The notes under the pieces are model-generated. The model ran no database searches, had not been told where the DNA came from, and saw only the letters and a program-made list of their open reading frames with translations. 64,000 bases of DNA from Octopus vulgaris. Taxonomy: Eukaryota. The stretch covers positions 39,990,001 through 40,054,000 of the forward strand of contig OX597837.1 of assembly GCA_951406725.2 (NCBI GenBank). Direction: 5' to 3'. This document shows positions 45,566-58,897 of the stretch, piece by piece. A program made the position numbers and the translations under genes. Every line of letters begins with the position of its first letter. Position 1 is the first letter of the stretch.

Positions 45566-45649
<84 letters not shown>

Positions 45650-45805
45650 GAATGGAGTAGAAAGAAGATGTTAACAAAATTCTTTTACTCTCGACATATG
45701 TTGCGAAGATAACATGGTTTCATCGAATTTTCCATGTTGACGGTAAACATAGCATAATTCATTCACCTATCGAAATATATATATATATATATATACACAT
45801 ATATA

Positions 45806-45837
<32 letters not shown>

Positions 45838-46289
45838 GGTGCGTGTGGCTGTGTTTGTATGTGTTCGAGGAATCTTGCTAAAGGGCCTTCACTAATCGTG
45901 GTATATTTATTTAGATCAAAATCATAAAGCAATTTCTAAGCCAAAAACTATTATGTCAAGAGACGTGCTTTGTCAAAATGGCCACCATTACTAAAAACAA
46001 TTCTCATTTGATTTACATAGCTTCAATTAAAACTTTCGTTGCAATTGATACACGGAGGAGATTTTCGATTAATTAGCCTCGAAACTAATTAGTAACTATA
46101 TTCTATCAAATATAAAAGCTCTTCGTATAATACTTTAGCAGAAACAAAGAAAAATAGAAGGAAAGCTGTCACTTGAAATAATAACAACAACGATAATAAC
46201 ATGAACAACATCAACAATAACAACTACAAGATTAACAACAAAAACAACTACGATAACAACAACAGCAACAATAATAACAGCAACAGCAG

Positions 46290-46570
46290 AGGAGGCGCAA
46301 TGGCCCAGTGGTTAGGGCAGCGGACTCGCGGTCGGAGGATCGCGGTTTCGATTCCTAGACCGGGCGTTGTGTGTGTTTATTGAGCGAAAACACCTAAAAG
46401 CTCCACGAGCCTCCGGCAGGGGTGGGGGTGGCGACACCTGTTGCACTCTATTGCTCCAACTTTCTCTCACTCTTTCTTCCTGTTTCTTGTCCCCGACTTC
46501 CTGCGCAACCGCTGAGCATGGATGCGCATTCATCCATCCGTCGGGGATTGAGCTGCTTACTCTTCTGCGG
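46290..46570 (+). mobile_element. SINE family C (tail type 3), intact tRNA-like head
   Basis: ggaggcgcaaTGGCCCAGTGGttagggcagcggactcgcggtcggaggatcgcGGTTTCGATTCC. Confidence 0.85.
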
Positions 46571-46694
46571 GTCACATAGTGGGACTGAACCCGGAACCAT
46601 GTGGTTGGGAAGCAAACATGTTAACACACGAAAACAACAAAACCAATTGCTTCACTTTAGGCAAAAAACTAGGAATTTTGTTGAAAAGTTGTAA

Positions 46695-46850
46695 ATGGGT
46701 TGTGTGGTAAGAAACTTGCATCGGAACCACATGGTTCTGGGTTCTGTCCCATGTATGGTACCTCGGACAAGTGACTTCTACTATAGCCTCGGGCCGATCA
46801 AAGCCTTGCGAATGAATTTGGTAGATCGACACTGAAAGAAGCTCGTCCTG

Positions 46851-46921
<71 letters not shown>

Positions 46922-47285
46922 GTCTATCTGTCTGTCTGTCTGTCTATCTATCCATCCATCCATCCATCCATCCATCCATCTGTCTGTCCGTCCGTCTGTC
47001 CGTCTGTCTGTCTGTTTGTCTTTCTATCTATCTGTATATGTGTGTGTCTGTGTTTGTCCCCCACAATCACTTGACAACCGGAGTTGTTGCGTTCGCGTCG
47101 CTGTAACATAGCGGTTCGGCAAAAGAAGACCGACAGAATATGTACAAGGCTTACCAAAAAGAAAAATAAATAAAATTAAAAGGAAGTACAGGGGTCGGTT
47201 CATTCGACTAAAAAAGTTCTTGAAGCCTGTGCTCCAGCAAGGGCGCAGTCCAATCACTGAAACAAGTAAAAGATAAAAAAGATAA
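46695..47285 (+). mobile_element. SINE family A, diverged, internal (TCTA)n/(TCCA)n
   Basis: Head 46695-46845, tail 47045-47285. Confidence 0.8.
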
Positions 47286-48369
47286 AGAAGAAAGGGGAGG
47301 TAATCTTCCCTAATGTAGGTGACAGCCGAGTGGTCAAGGGAAGATAAAGTGTTAGAGGAGAATCCGTAAGCTTACATGTACAAATATTAGCAACTCATGC
47401 ATGTATGCCTATATATATATATTCATTCACATTTGATTACTATTCACCACAGACCAGCTCAGTTCCTATTATGAATGGTTCTAAACAAATATATTTGATA
47501 GAAAGAGTACACAAATCCTTCATTGAGATGAAATAATAACAGTTATGCATCTCCTGCGAACGACTTCAAACCCGGCAGTTCTACTTCATAATAACACTTA
47601 TGCATCCAGTGGGAACAACTTCAAACCCTAAGCTAAGCTCGTCGTCCTAAAATTGTAGAAGAGAGAGCGAGCAAGCGAAAGAGAAGAGGAGAGAGAGAGA
47701 AGGAGAGAAAGGGAGAGAAAGGAAAGAAAAGAGAAATAGATCGAGAAGAGAGACAATGTGAATATTTCATCTATCTTTGAATGATTCTGTTGGATAAAAT
47801 ACGGAAATAATCAGATATATAGAATCAGGGAAATACACTGTAGTTATCAGATGACATTTCGCTCATTTTTACTTTATTACATCAGCGTTAAAGTTTTTGG
47901 GGTTCATCTCTTATATCGAATACGTATATCTAAAATGGCGTCTGTTGAAGGTTTTAAACGTCACGTTGACTTTCTACCTTAAATGTCCGATCAACAAGTT
48001 TAGAAGTTTATCCTGAAATCGCAGAAGGCCCATGCCACCCACAGATACACCAACTGCACATACCAAATATACACAGTGCATTTACGCAATATACATCATT
48101 TATAGGCAGTGACTATATATAAGCCAATTATATACTTATTTGATCTTAAGTCGTATTCAGTTCACGATCGTAAGGCCGTGAGTTCGATTCTAGAAGCTCA
48201 GGATCGACGCTCACCTTTGTCACGGATGGATGTGATCTTTGAAGGTGAACGGCTTTCTTACCCATTCTCCCCCTCCAACTGACACTTCTTGGTTGTTCCG
48301 CTGTGTCAAAGGGTAAGAGTTCGAGGATAGCCTTTCTTTCTCTTTCTGCTCACGAATACACAATACATA

Positions 48370-48765
48370 GTCACTTAAAAACAATTAAGAAAAGCATGAT
48401 ACGTGACTGCAAATGACAGTCGCTTGCGAATAACGGCTCTAGTTTTCTTTTACAGCTGTTTCGCAGCACTGGTTACAGCGGGAGAGTTCCATCTGCGTGT
48501 CTTACCTGTTTCCAACAACAGAAGTACTTGAAAATAATTAGACAAACCATGGTACTTGATAGCACATGATAACTGCATGCGAGTGAACGTTGTAGAACCT
48601 TTTCTTTACAGCTGTTTCGCTGAATCACAAGGGTGAAATACCGAAACTCTCTTTCTCTGTCTTTCTATCTTTCTCTGCTTCCGTTCATAGAAGCACTTAA
48701 GTAACAACATCCCTGTACGTGATAGCATACACTCGCTTGCGAGTGACGGCTGTAATTTTTCATCA
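48370..48765 (+). repeat. Three diverged tandem units (~155-170 bp)
   Basis: cactt...tac(g/t)tga...(t/a)tgcga(a/g)t...tttacagctgtttcgc recurs. Confidence 0.65.
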
Positions 48766-49294
48766 AAGTTAAGCTTACTCTACAATAATGACTCTTATAG
48801 GAATTCTAAAAGGAAATTTGAAATATACCAATTATTTATAGAAGACCAATGGCATAAGTTGACGTGCAGAACGTTGTGTAGCGTTGATGCCATTCTCAAG
48901 AGTATTTCTCATTGAATAAGAACAAGTTATAATCGGAAAGCGGATTAAACCACAATATGATTTCGTAATAGCTACCATAATGAGATTATGATTTTTTAAT
49001 TCCGTATGAAAACTTAAATTTTTGAAGCTATAAACATGTTAATATTTGGTCATGTTGTTTATTGTTTTTCTTTGTTATTTTTTTTCTTTTCTTGGTTTTG
49101 TTTCCGAAGCGGCGTTAACTTTAATAAAGGTTTTTCGCCATTAATATTCAAATCTGAAAGAAACTTTCTCTCAACACACAAAACCATTCTCTCCAAGATG
49201 TCAGTAAATTTGTTTTAATTAGACAGCCGGCTTCAACGAAGTGAAGTGTCTTATCCAGAGAAGTTAATTATATTAGCAGCCAAGCGATAGCCAC

Positions 49295-49669
49295 GACTAC
49301 AGAAACAACCACAACAACGACAGCATCAACAGAAGCAACAACAATGAGAACAACAGCAGCAGCCATCAACAACAGCAACAACTATAACAACAACAACTAT
49401 AACAGCAGCATCAACAACAACTACAGCAATAACAACAACAACTATAACAGCAGCAGCAGCAACAACACGAACATCAGATATAATATCGACCACAGCAGCA
49501 ACAGTAATAACAACAACAACAACAACAACAACAGTAATAACAGAAACAACAGTAGCAGCAGCAGCAACAACAACATCCACAAAAACATTGTCAATAACAG
49601 CAACATCGTCAATAACGAGAGGAGCAACAAAAGTAGTAGTAGTAGTAGTAGTAGTAGTAATTGTAGCAA

Positions 49670-49700
<31 letters not shown>

Positions 49701-49785
49701 TGTAGTAGTAGTACTACTACTACTAGTAGTAGTAATGGTAGTAATAACAGTAGTAGTAGTAATAGTAGTAGTAGTAGTAGTAATG

Positions 49786-49863
<78 letters not shown>

Positions 49864-49866
49864 ATG

Positions 49867-49905
<39 letters not shown>

Positions 49906-50003
49906 ATGGTGGTAGTAGTAGTAGTAGTAGCCGTTGTGTTTGTAGTAGTGTTAGTACCAGCGGCAACAGCATATTAGTATGAGCAGTTGCGGCAACAGCA
50001 GCA

Positions 50004-50056
<53 letters not shown>

Positions 50057-50058
50057 CA
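49295..50058. repeat. (AAC/AGC)n, (AGT)n, (ACT)n microsatellites
   Basis: Direct reading; explains the poly-N/S/V ORFs. Confidence 0.95.
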
Positions 50059-50301
50059 CGTAGACACTTTAATTAACATAATCGACATTAGAGTGAGTGA
50101 AATTATTACCTTTCCTAATTGAATTAACACCGAACCCGCATCCGTTAATTCAAGAGTTTCCTCGCCGTTCCGTCCACCTCTTTTCTTTTTCTTTTTCTTT
50201 ATCCAAAATGTGCCGCAACGTCACATGACCTACCACATGCTCTTTTGTTGTTGTTGCTTGTTTTTGTATTTAGTTCTTGCAGTCGTGAAATAATAATATA
50301 T

Positions 50302-50530
50302 ATTTCTTTACTACCCACAAGGAGCTAAATACAGGGGAGACAAACAAGGACAGACAAACGGATTAAATCGATTACATCGACCCCCAGTGCGTAACTGGTA
50401 CTTAATTTATCGTCCCCGAAAGGATGAAAGGCAAAGTCGACCTCGGCGGAATTTGAACTCAGAACGTAGCGGCAGACGAAATACCGCTAAGCATTTCGCC
50501 TGATGTGCTAACGGTTCTGCCAGCTCGCCA
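50302..50530 (-). mobile_element. SINE family B, full-length
   Basis: Reverse complement of ggcgagctggcagaaccgttagc...gtagtaaagaaa. Confidence 0.9.
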
Positions 50531-50692
50531 TTATTCCCTCCAGTGTCCCGGAGTGACATCACAACCTCAAAGTGCCGCAATGACGGTAAATGTTTGCGGT
50601 TCCTTCATATATTGACCTCAAACCTCGAAACAAACCCAGTCAGTTAATTCGGCTGTTTTCCCGCCATTCTATCCACCTTTTTCTTTACTGTC

Positions 50693-50903
50693 TCTTTTAC
50701 TCTTTTACTTGTTTCAGTCATTTGACTGCGGCCATGCTGGAGCACCACTTTTAATCGAGCAACTCGACCCCAGGTATTATTCTTTGTAAGCCCAGTACTT
50801 ATTCTATCGGTCTCTTTTGCCGAACCGCTAAGTGACGGGAACGTAAACGCACCAGCATCGGTTGTCAAGCAATGTTGGGGGGGGACAAACACAGACACAC
50901 ACG

Positions 50904-50937
<34 letters not shown>

Positions 50938-51106
50938 TACAAAGGGCATTTTTCTTTCAGTTTCCGTTATCCAAATCCACTCACAAGGCTTTGGTCGGCC
51001 CGAGGCTATAGTAGAAGACACTTGCTCAAGGTGCTATGCAGTGGGACTGAACCCGGAACCATGTGGTTGGTAAGCAAGCTACTTACCACACAGCCACTCC
51101 TGCGCC
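50693..51106 (-). mobile_element. SINE family A, full-length
   Basis: Match to consensus. Confidence 0.92.
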
Positions 51107-51890
51107 TTTCTCTTTTTCTTTAACCAAGATGTGCCACAACGTCATATGACCTACAAAATGTTTTTTTTCTTCCATTTTGTTTGTTCTTGAAATCGTGAAA
51201 TAGTAATATCTTCCCTCCCGTGCCGCTGGGTGATATTGCAACCTCAACAGAGCCGCAATAAAAACGGGTACTGCAAGACTTGTAGGGAGATACTCATCCT
51301 TCATGCTGGTTTCAAACTTTGAGAAAAAAAAACCCAACAATTTTAGAGGAAGGATCTTCGAACGATGTCTGTTAATTCGGGTGTTTTCCCGCCGTTTTAT
51401 CCACCTCTTTTCTCTTTTTCTTTATACAAGATGTACAACAATGTTATCTGACTTATCGCATGTTCTTTTTTGTTTTCCTTTTTAGTGTCTCGGGGCGATA
51501 TTACAACATCAACAGTGCCGCAATGAAGGCGGCCGCAAGACTTGTAACAAATTACCCATCCTTAATATTGGTTTCAAATTTTGAGAGAGACCCACCAATT
51601 GCAGATGAGTGGGTGAGTCAGTTACATTAATTTAAGTTTTTAACTGGTATTGATGGCAAGAAACTTTCAAGGGAGCCGAAAAGCGGAAGGGCTTCAGATA
51701 GAAACCCTGATATTCTTTGGAGAGTGTTTCGGCCTTTAACTTCTTACCATGTAAGGGGTCTGAATTGCATCCAATTCATAAATCCCGTGTGCCCCTCGAC
51801 TGACACTTTTTATCCACTTCATTACCTTCATTGTGGTACTGTTGATGAAATATCCCAGGGCAATAAAGGGAATATCTTCTTCTTCTTCTT

Positions 51891-51991
<101 letters not shown>

Positions 51992-52510
51992 GAACAAATC
52001 TATTACTAACAATAACCTTTTTAAAATGCGGTGAGCTGGCAAAACCGTTAGCAGAACCGTTGTCCGGCCTATTAACGATTCTGTCAGTCCGATGACTTTT
52101 TCCACCCCTAATATTGTGTTAATCAATTTCTAAAATAATTTCAAAAAATATTCTTAGTTGACTCCCTATCATTTAGTTGATTTATTCCTTATTCAACAAT
52201 GCTTACCCCATCGTGAACATCGCATTAAGCATATTCGTTCTTCACTGTTCAACGCTAGACTTCAGCCGGAAAGAATAGCTTCCAGTGTAACGATATCTCT
52301 TCCTAAATATTGTCATAGTATTAATGGCTTTAACAACGTTAAGGATATTGGTTAATCTAGTCTGCCGTGTTAACATTACTATCTAATAACTGCAGGTGTG
52401 GAGTGTTAGCAAGGAAAATCTATTTTGGTTCAAAGAAAATACGAAAAGCGCTTCTCCCATCAACCAGGAGCTCTTCTGCGAAATACCGCCATTTTCATAT
52501 ACATGAACTC

Positions 52511-52580
<70 letters not shown>

Positions 52581-52794
52581 CGCTCCCTCGCTCGCTGTCT
52601 GTTCTTTCTCTTCGTCTCCATCTCTCTCTCTGTATACATGTGGAGGTTAGCACAGATATACGACTTACGGTAGACGCGGCGTTCGAATCATGCCGGTGGT
52701 GTTAGTGAACTCTTTTCTTCTCCTCTCCCACTTCCCCTTTCTCACTCCCTCCTGCTCATGCTCCTCCTGCCCCTCATGCTCCTCCTTTATTCTT

Positions 52795-52975
52795 TCTTTT
52801 AGTCTTTTGTGTCATCCATGCTGGAGCACCAATCTGAAGGATTTTAGTCGAGCAAATCGACTCAAGTAATTAGTCTTTAAGCCTACTACTTATTCTATCA
52901 CTCTCTTTTGATAAACCGGGACACAAACACACTGACAGCGGTTGTGAAGCGGTGACGATGGGTAGCAAATACAGA
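52795..52975 (-). mobile_element. SINE family A, degenerate 3' half
   Basis: ccatgctggagcacc...ttagtcgagcaaatcgac...tacttattctatc. Confidence 0.7.
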
Positions 52976-53038
52976 CGCACGCACACACACATACACGCAC
53001 ATATATACATACATATATAGATATAATATGTATATGCA

Positions 53039-53161
<123 letters not shown>

Positions 53162-53645
53162 AATATATACATACATACATATGTATATATATATATCATA
53201 TTCAGAAACACACACACATATACACACACAACACACACGCACACTCAAATGCATATATATATACCAGTATCCAAATCTATTTCCCCCGCCAAAACTAATG
53301 CCGCGCGGAAAAAATTCTTTGAGTATGAGGTAACGCCACCTCTCTTGCATATAACCGAAGTTTTCACGTCTGTTAGCAACTTTTAAGCCTAGAGTACGGA
53401 TGCGCAGTGCGCGCTCAACGGATTTTCCTTTTCACGTAACATGGCTGAAAGCCTCGCCAGGGGCATCACCTTGAAACAAACACAGACATAAATACATACA
53501 CGCACAAGCACACACGCACATACATACACTCAGACAAACACGATTGTAACTCAAAAAATCATGCAATTTGACTCAATTTCATAAATACAAAGATGGGACA
53601 AAAAAATAAAGCAAATAATTATTGCATTAATTTCTAATTCACCTT

Positions 53646-53698
<53 letters not shown>

Positions 53699-53704
53699 TT
53701 GTAA

Positions 53705-53860
53705 ATACGAGGGACTTCTTTTAGTTTTTGTCCACCAAATCCTTCACAAGAACTTTGGTCGGTCCGGGGGTATAGCAGAAGACACTTGCAATAAAAGTAC
53801 CCCGCCGTGGAACTGAACCTGGTACCATGTATTTTCGAGAAGCAAACCTCGTACCACACC
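53705..53860 (-). mobile_element. SINE family A, degenerate 5' half
   Basis: ccaaatccttcacaagaactttggtcgg...actgaacctggtaccatgt. Confidence 0.7.
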
Positions 53861-54424
53861 ATTACATCTATACCTATAACAACGCCACGAATCTCGCATA
53901 TGTGCTCCCTCGTTAGATCGTAAAATGTTACGTTTTATAATTATTTACGAAACGCCGATGTTGAAATGAATTGTAATAGCCTGAAAATTGCTAAGAGCCA
54001 TTGACAGTTCCGAATTTACAAGTTGATTCAATTAGCAATGAACAGTTTGAAAGATTTACGTAAAAGTGAGAATTTTTCGCTTAGATATAAAACCATGACG
54101 CTATCTTTTCTATTCCAGCTTTCAGAGTGGTTAGTTCTCTTATGATATCGTAACCACGAAACCATAACAGTTTGTTCATCGAATATTACATATAGAATAA
54201 ATGGTTCTCTTAAAAAACCCAGAGATTTCTATAAATGATTGCAGAGACTAAGTTGTATTTTATGTTCTCGATGCAAAGATGTATGTCGGAAAAGTGCTAC
54301 CTGTCCAATAAAACTAATATCAGCCATTTAGCTCTTGTTCCTCTGTTTTGTTTTGTATTTTAAATTACTATCTGCTCTCTGGATTTCTAGTTGGGATAGA
54401 TTTTATAGTTGCAGATACCTGTTA

Positions 54425-54680
54425 GAGTGGAAATGCATAGAGTAGGGGCAAGGAGATTGCATTCATAATTACAAAATCATGGTTTTGTTTCCTGGACGGG
54501 TTGCGAGTTTTATTCTTGAGAAAAACAATTCTCTTTTCACGTTGCTCCAGTTCACTTAGCCGTAAGTGGATAAACCCGCAGCGAACTGACATCCCGTTTA
54601 TGTGGAGTGTTTTGCTCACGGATACTTATATACCACGGAGACTGGGTAAGCGGCACGATGAGTCCTACGACTTGAGACAG
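54425..54680 (+). mobile_element. Degenerate CORE-type SINE (family D-like head)
   Basis: ttcttgagaaaaaca...cacgttgctccagttcacttagccgta. Confidence 0.55.
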
Positions 54681-54762
54681 TAATGTCCAGGGAAATTATT
54701 CTCTCTCTCTCTCTCACTCTCTCTCACACACACACACACACGCATACAGACACGTGTTTACA

Positions 54763-54828
<66 letters not shown>

Positions 54829-54844
54829 ACCGCGTGTATACCGT

Positions 54845-55022
54845 TGGCGATATTTTTCCTCCGTCTTCCCTTCTCTGGATCTTTCCTTCTCCTATGTTTC
54901 CGACGAAGAGCTCCGCTTGAAACGTTAAACCCTCCTTCTTTCCTGAGCGTCCAATAATACTATATTTGTTCCACGTCCTCGCGTTGTTGTGTTTTTTGTG
55001 CTTTCATGTTTGGATTAACTTT
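54845..55022 (+). mobile_element. Short pLTR-like element in microsatellite with a degenerate minimal hammerhead
   Basis: gttt-CCGACGA-a gagc tcc gctt-GAAA-cg-TT-aaac at ~54896-54930; partial reverse copy at 22270. Confidence 0.6.
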
Positions 55023-55537
55023 ATACACACACACACACACACACACACAGACACACACACATATATATATATATATAGTGTACTAAATAAAATATATGCA
55101 TACATACAAACATATATGTACGTACCTACATCTACATGTATATATACATGCATATATAAATATATATACACGAGAGTACAGGACACCACAACTAGACGTA
55201 GAACTCAACGATAAACGAAAACGGAAAAACCATTTTTTTACAACAGAAAAAACAAGTACAGGACATACTACACAAGGAAAAATCCCCTATCATCAGCTGT
55301 CACTAGTTCGGCTCTAGCGTGTTTCGAAGGCAAGACAGGACACGACTCGCTAAACAAGTCCTTCCCGCGAGAGAATTAAAATAAAATTGCCTCGCAGAGG
55401 AGTAAAAACAAGCAAGGAAAAAATGTATCACAAACAGGACGTAAAAACGTTACGAATAAGACTACAAAATAAAATACAAGATAAAAATATATGTACAAGA
55501 AAATACAATACGAGAAATAAAAAGAAAATACAATACG

Positions 55538-55647
55538 AGTTCAGTCCCACTGCGTGGCATCTTGGGCAAGTGTCTTCTGCTATAGCCTAGGGCCGACCAA
55601 TGCCTTGTGAGTGGATTTGGTAGATGGAAACTGAAAGAGGCCTGTCG

Positions 55648-55711
<64 letters not shown>

Positions 55712-55942
55712 TGTATGTATGTGTGTGTGTGTGTTTGTGTGTGTTTGTCCCCCTAGCATTGCTTGACAACCGATGCTGGTGTGTTTACATCCCCGTCACT
55801 TAGCGGTTCGGCAAAAGAGACCGATAGAATAAGTACTGGGCTTACTAAAAATAAGTCCCGGGGTTGATTTGCTCGACTAAAAGGTGGTGCTCTAGTATGG
55901 CCGCAGTCTAATGACTGAAACAAGTAAAAGAGAGTAAAAGAG
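55538..55942 (+). mobile_element. SINE family A, 5'-truncated
   Basis: Starts at the B box gttcagtcccactgcgtggc. Confidence 0.9.
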
Positions 55943-55944
55943 TA

Positions 55945-56408
55945 TGTGTATCACCGCATGCCTTTATCGCTTTCTCTCCAGGGAGTAGACCTTTAGTTTT
56001 TGCAGCCTCTCAAGCTAGCTCATGTGCTTAACTGAGCCATTCTCTTTTTGTCGTGGCACTGGATTGCCTCAAGTTCAACACCAATCTGTCCCTCTTGGTG
56101 ACCACAGTTGGGACCAGTAATCCAGATTCCTGAGGACAACTGATCTCCATAGAAGTAGCAAAGTTTCCTTATTTCTGTTCCTGAATGATCTAGGGATCCG
56201 TCCACTTACTCACCAGCAGTGTTGCTATCTTGGCAATATGCACATGTAACGGTGCATCACTACTCATGTGGATTCCCAGGTCATACACCGGTTCTAACTC
56301 TGGGATTTCCCTGACCTCTGCGCCTATGTATTCCGATTGTAGTCTGTGGGCCGATAGCGGGGCACTTGAAACTTACCGGCATTAAACTGCATGTTATTTG
56401 CATCAGCA
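55945..56408 (-). pseudogene. CR1/L2-group LINE ORF2 fragment (RT C-terminal region)
   Basis: ADANNMQFNAGKFQV...YDLGIHMSSD...LRSFRNRNKETLLLLWRSVVLRNLDYWSQLWSP...ELEAIQ...ERLQKLKVYSLERKR, frameshifted. Confidence 0.8.
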
Positions 56409-56555
56409 CATTTTATATATATATATATATATACATATATATATAAAACAAGTAGAAAGATAAACTTTTTCCAGCAAGTAAATATGGAACAGTACATATA
56501 AAGGATGAAATCTTTTTAAGAGCAGAAAAATCTGCCGGCAATAAGCCGTGAGTAT

Positions 56556-56626
56556 CAGTCGTGAGGATCGAACACACCTCTTCGAATAACCGGCTAGAGT
56601 GCTCTACCCTTTAAGCCAAACTGCCA
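56556..56626 (-). pseudogene. tRNA-derived sequence (SINE head or tRNA pseudogene) in (TA)n
   Basis: cagttTGGCTTAAAGGGTAGAGCact...gtgtGTTCGATCCtcacgactg: A and B boxes, partial acceptor pairing, no good anticodon arm. Confidence 0.5.
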
Positions 56627-56661
56627 ACTGGTGAAAACATATGTATATATATATACATATA

Positions 56662-56764
<103 letters not shown>

Positions 56765-56768
56765 AAAC

Positions 56769-56802
<34 letters not shown>

Positions 56803-56821
56803 ATATATATGTATATATATG

Positions 56822-56873
<52 letters not shown>

Positions 56874-57235
56874 CATCATATATCATATATCATATATCCA
56901 TATAATTTTTACAATAGTAGTATAGAAATTAGACCAACATCACGGCAGCTAATAACTTCTCCTCTATGAAACACGAATTTCCAAATATGATTTTCATCAT
57001 TTTTATATGAAGATAAATCTGATTATAAACTGACATACTCCGGCAGCCATATTGAGATCGGATAAGTTTTTATTTTTATTCTTCTAACCATTCCTTGTCT
57101 ATTACGTGACAGCAAGCACATTAGGAATTATATTCTTGCATATTTGATTCCACGGTGCCATTTATAACGACTTGACTCGTATCTGAAAGATAGATAGAAA
57201 ACACACACAAACCAACTGCTAGCACAATAGACAAG

Positions 57236-57600
<365 letters not shown>

Positions 57601-57601
57601 T

Positions 57602-58498
57602 AAATGCCCTGATGCAGTGCCAGGCAGTGGCTCTCATGGCTTCTGATCTTAACTGATTGGAAGTGTTATCATCTACATTGTTTTGTCTTGGTATAAAAGA
57701 TGGGCTGCAGCGAATATTCTGCTCAATACCACAGTTTTGCTTGTCAGTTGTTTGACCTTAACCAGTTGACCAATGTCCCTTAGTGGCCGATGATATGTGC
57801 ATCTCTGTCTCGAGCAGAAGTAGTGGGGGAGTATCCTAGCCACGTGTTGAAAGGAATTCTTTGGGGTTTGAATAATTAAGGCATTGTACCTATAGGAGAA
57901 AATATTATTATTATTGAGTGAGAGTGCAGTGCATGCCATCAAAGTGACACCGGGGTAAAATATACGAAGCCCAGTATACCCATCATGAATACCCGTCTGA
58001 TAAGGTTACACTAGGTACATGCATCACAACCATATGTGCGTGACATGGTAATCTCATATCAAGATAAACAGCGCCTGACCTTGCAGGTGGGGCCCAGTTA
58101 AAATTTTCTTCTGGTCGAGTAACCCATTCCGCTCAAAAGGTCCCCGAATAAGGATTGTTTAAGGATGTTGTACGAACCACCCATTTTCCCAAAGGTGAAC
58201 TATCCAAACCTCAAAGGATTCCTTTCAACAATTAAGTGTTTCGTTTAACATCCTTAAACAGTCCTTATTCAGGGACCTATTAAACGGGATGGGCTACTCG
58301 ACTAGAAAATATCTAACTAGACCCCAATGCGATATCATACGCTGATTTGTTTTTACATAAGATGACCATATCGCGCACATATGGTTGTGATGCATGTGCC
58401 TAGTGTACCCTTATCAGACGGGTAGTCATGATGGGTATACTGGGCTTCGTATATTTTACCCCAGTGTCACTTTGATGGCATGTACTGCTCTCTCACTC

Positions 58499-58500
<2 letters not shown>
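57602..58500 (+). mobile_element. Element E, split by an inverted E copy (5' part 57602-57880, 3' part 58236-58500)
   Basis: Starts aaatgccctgatgcagtgcc after (AAT)n and ends ctctctcactc(aat)n. Confidence 0.85.
57881..58229 (-). mobile_element. Element E 3' half, inverted, nested in another E
   Basis: Reverse complement of the E 3' half; flanked by the direct repeat AATTAAG (57874-57880, 58230-58236). Confidence 0.85.
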
Positions 58501-58578
<78 letters not shown>

Positions 58579-58584
58579 TAATAA

Positions 58585-58815
58585 TTCAGACAAATACATA
58601 ACAAAAACACCAGGACTTACAAACACATATAACATACAGAAAATTGCACTACTAGGCACTGCACACATCCTACGCAGAACATTTTCCATACAATAACCAT
58701 CAGAGCATCACAACAAATCACAGCACATACCCAAGGCACACAGAGCTGCGCTCGGTAGTGAAGTGAAAGCACGCTATAAAAATAAAACTACTGAATAATA
58801 ATAATAATAATAATG

Positions 58816-58897
<82 letters not shown>

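Larger units (their letters stand above)
44812..45568. mobile_element. ~350-bp element with ~75-bp inverted ends enclosing a hammerhead motif (left arm split by SINE A)
   Basis: tttataaacaagggc|aaaagaaaaa..tctatgccaatatgctgaggatagactttaaatcgtcagtca versus tgattgacgatttaaagtctagtctcagcatattggcataga..cttttgccctcgtttataaa. Confidence 0.75.
50145..51600 (+). repeat. Old tandem triplication (~230-300-bp unit) interrupted by two SINEs
   Basis: gttaattc..gttttcccgcc.tt.tatccacct at ~50145, 50643, 51371; gccgcaat at ~50574, 51252, 51517. Confidence 0.8.

Noticed and set aside
46290-46360. tRNA-like sequences at SINE heads (also 6159, 27485, 63678)
   Set aside because: Imperfect cloverleaves running into SINE bodies; not functional tRNA genes.
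49632-50058. (AGT)n followed by (ACT)n forming a potential hairpin; 212-aa N/S-rich ORF
   Set aside because: Simple-repeat complementarity and low-complexity translation only.
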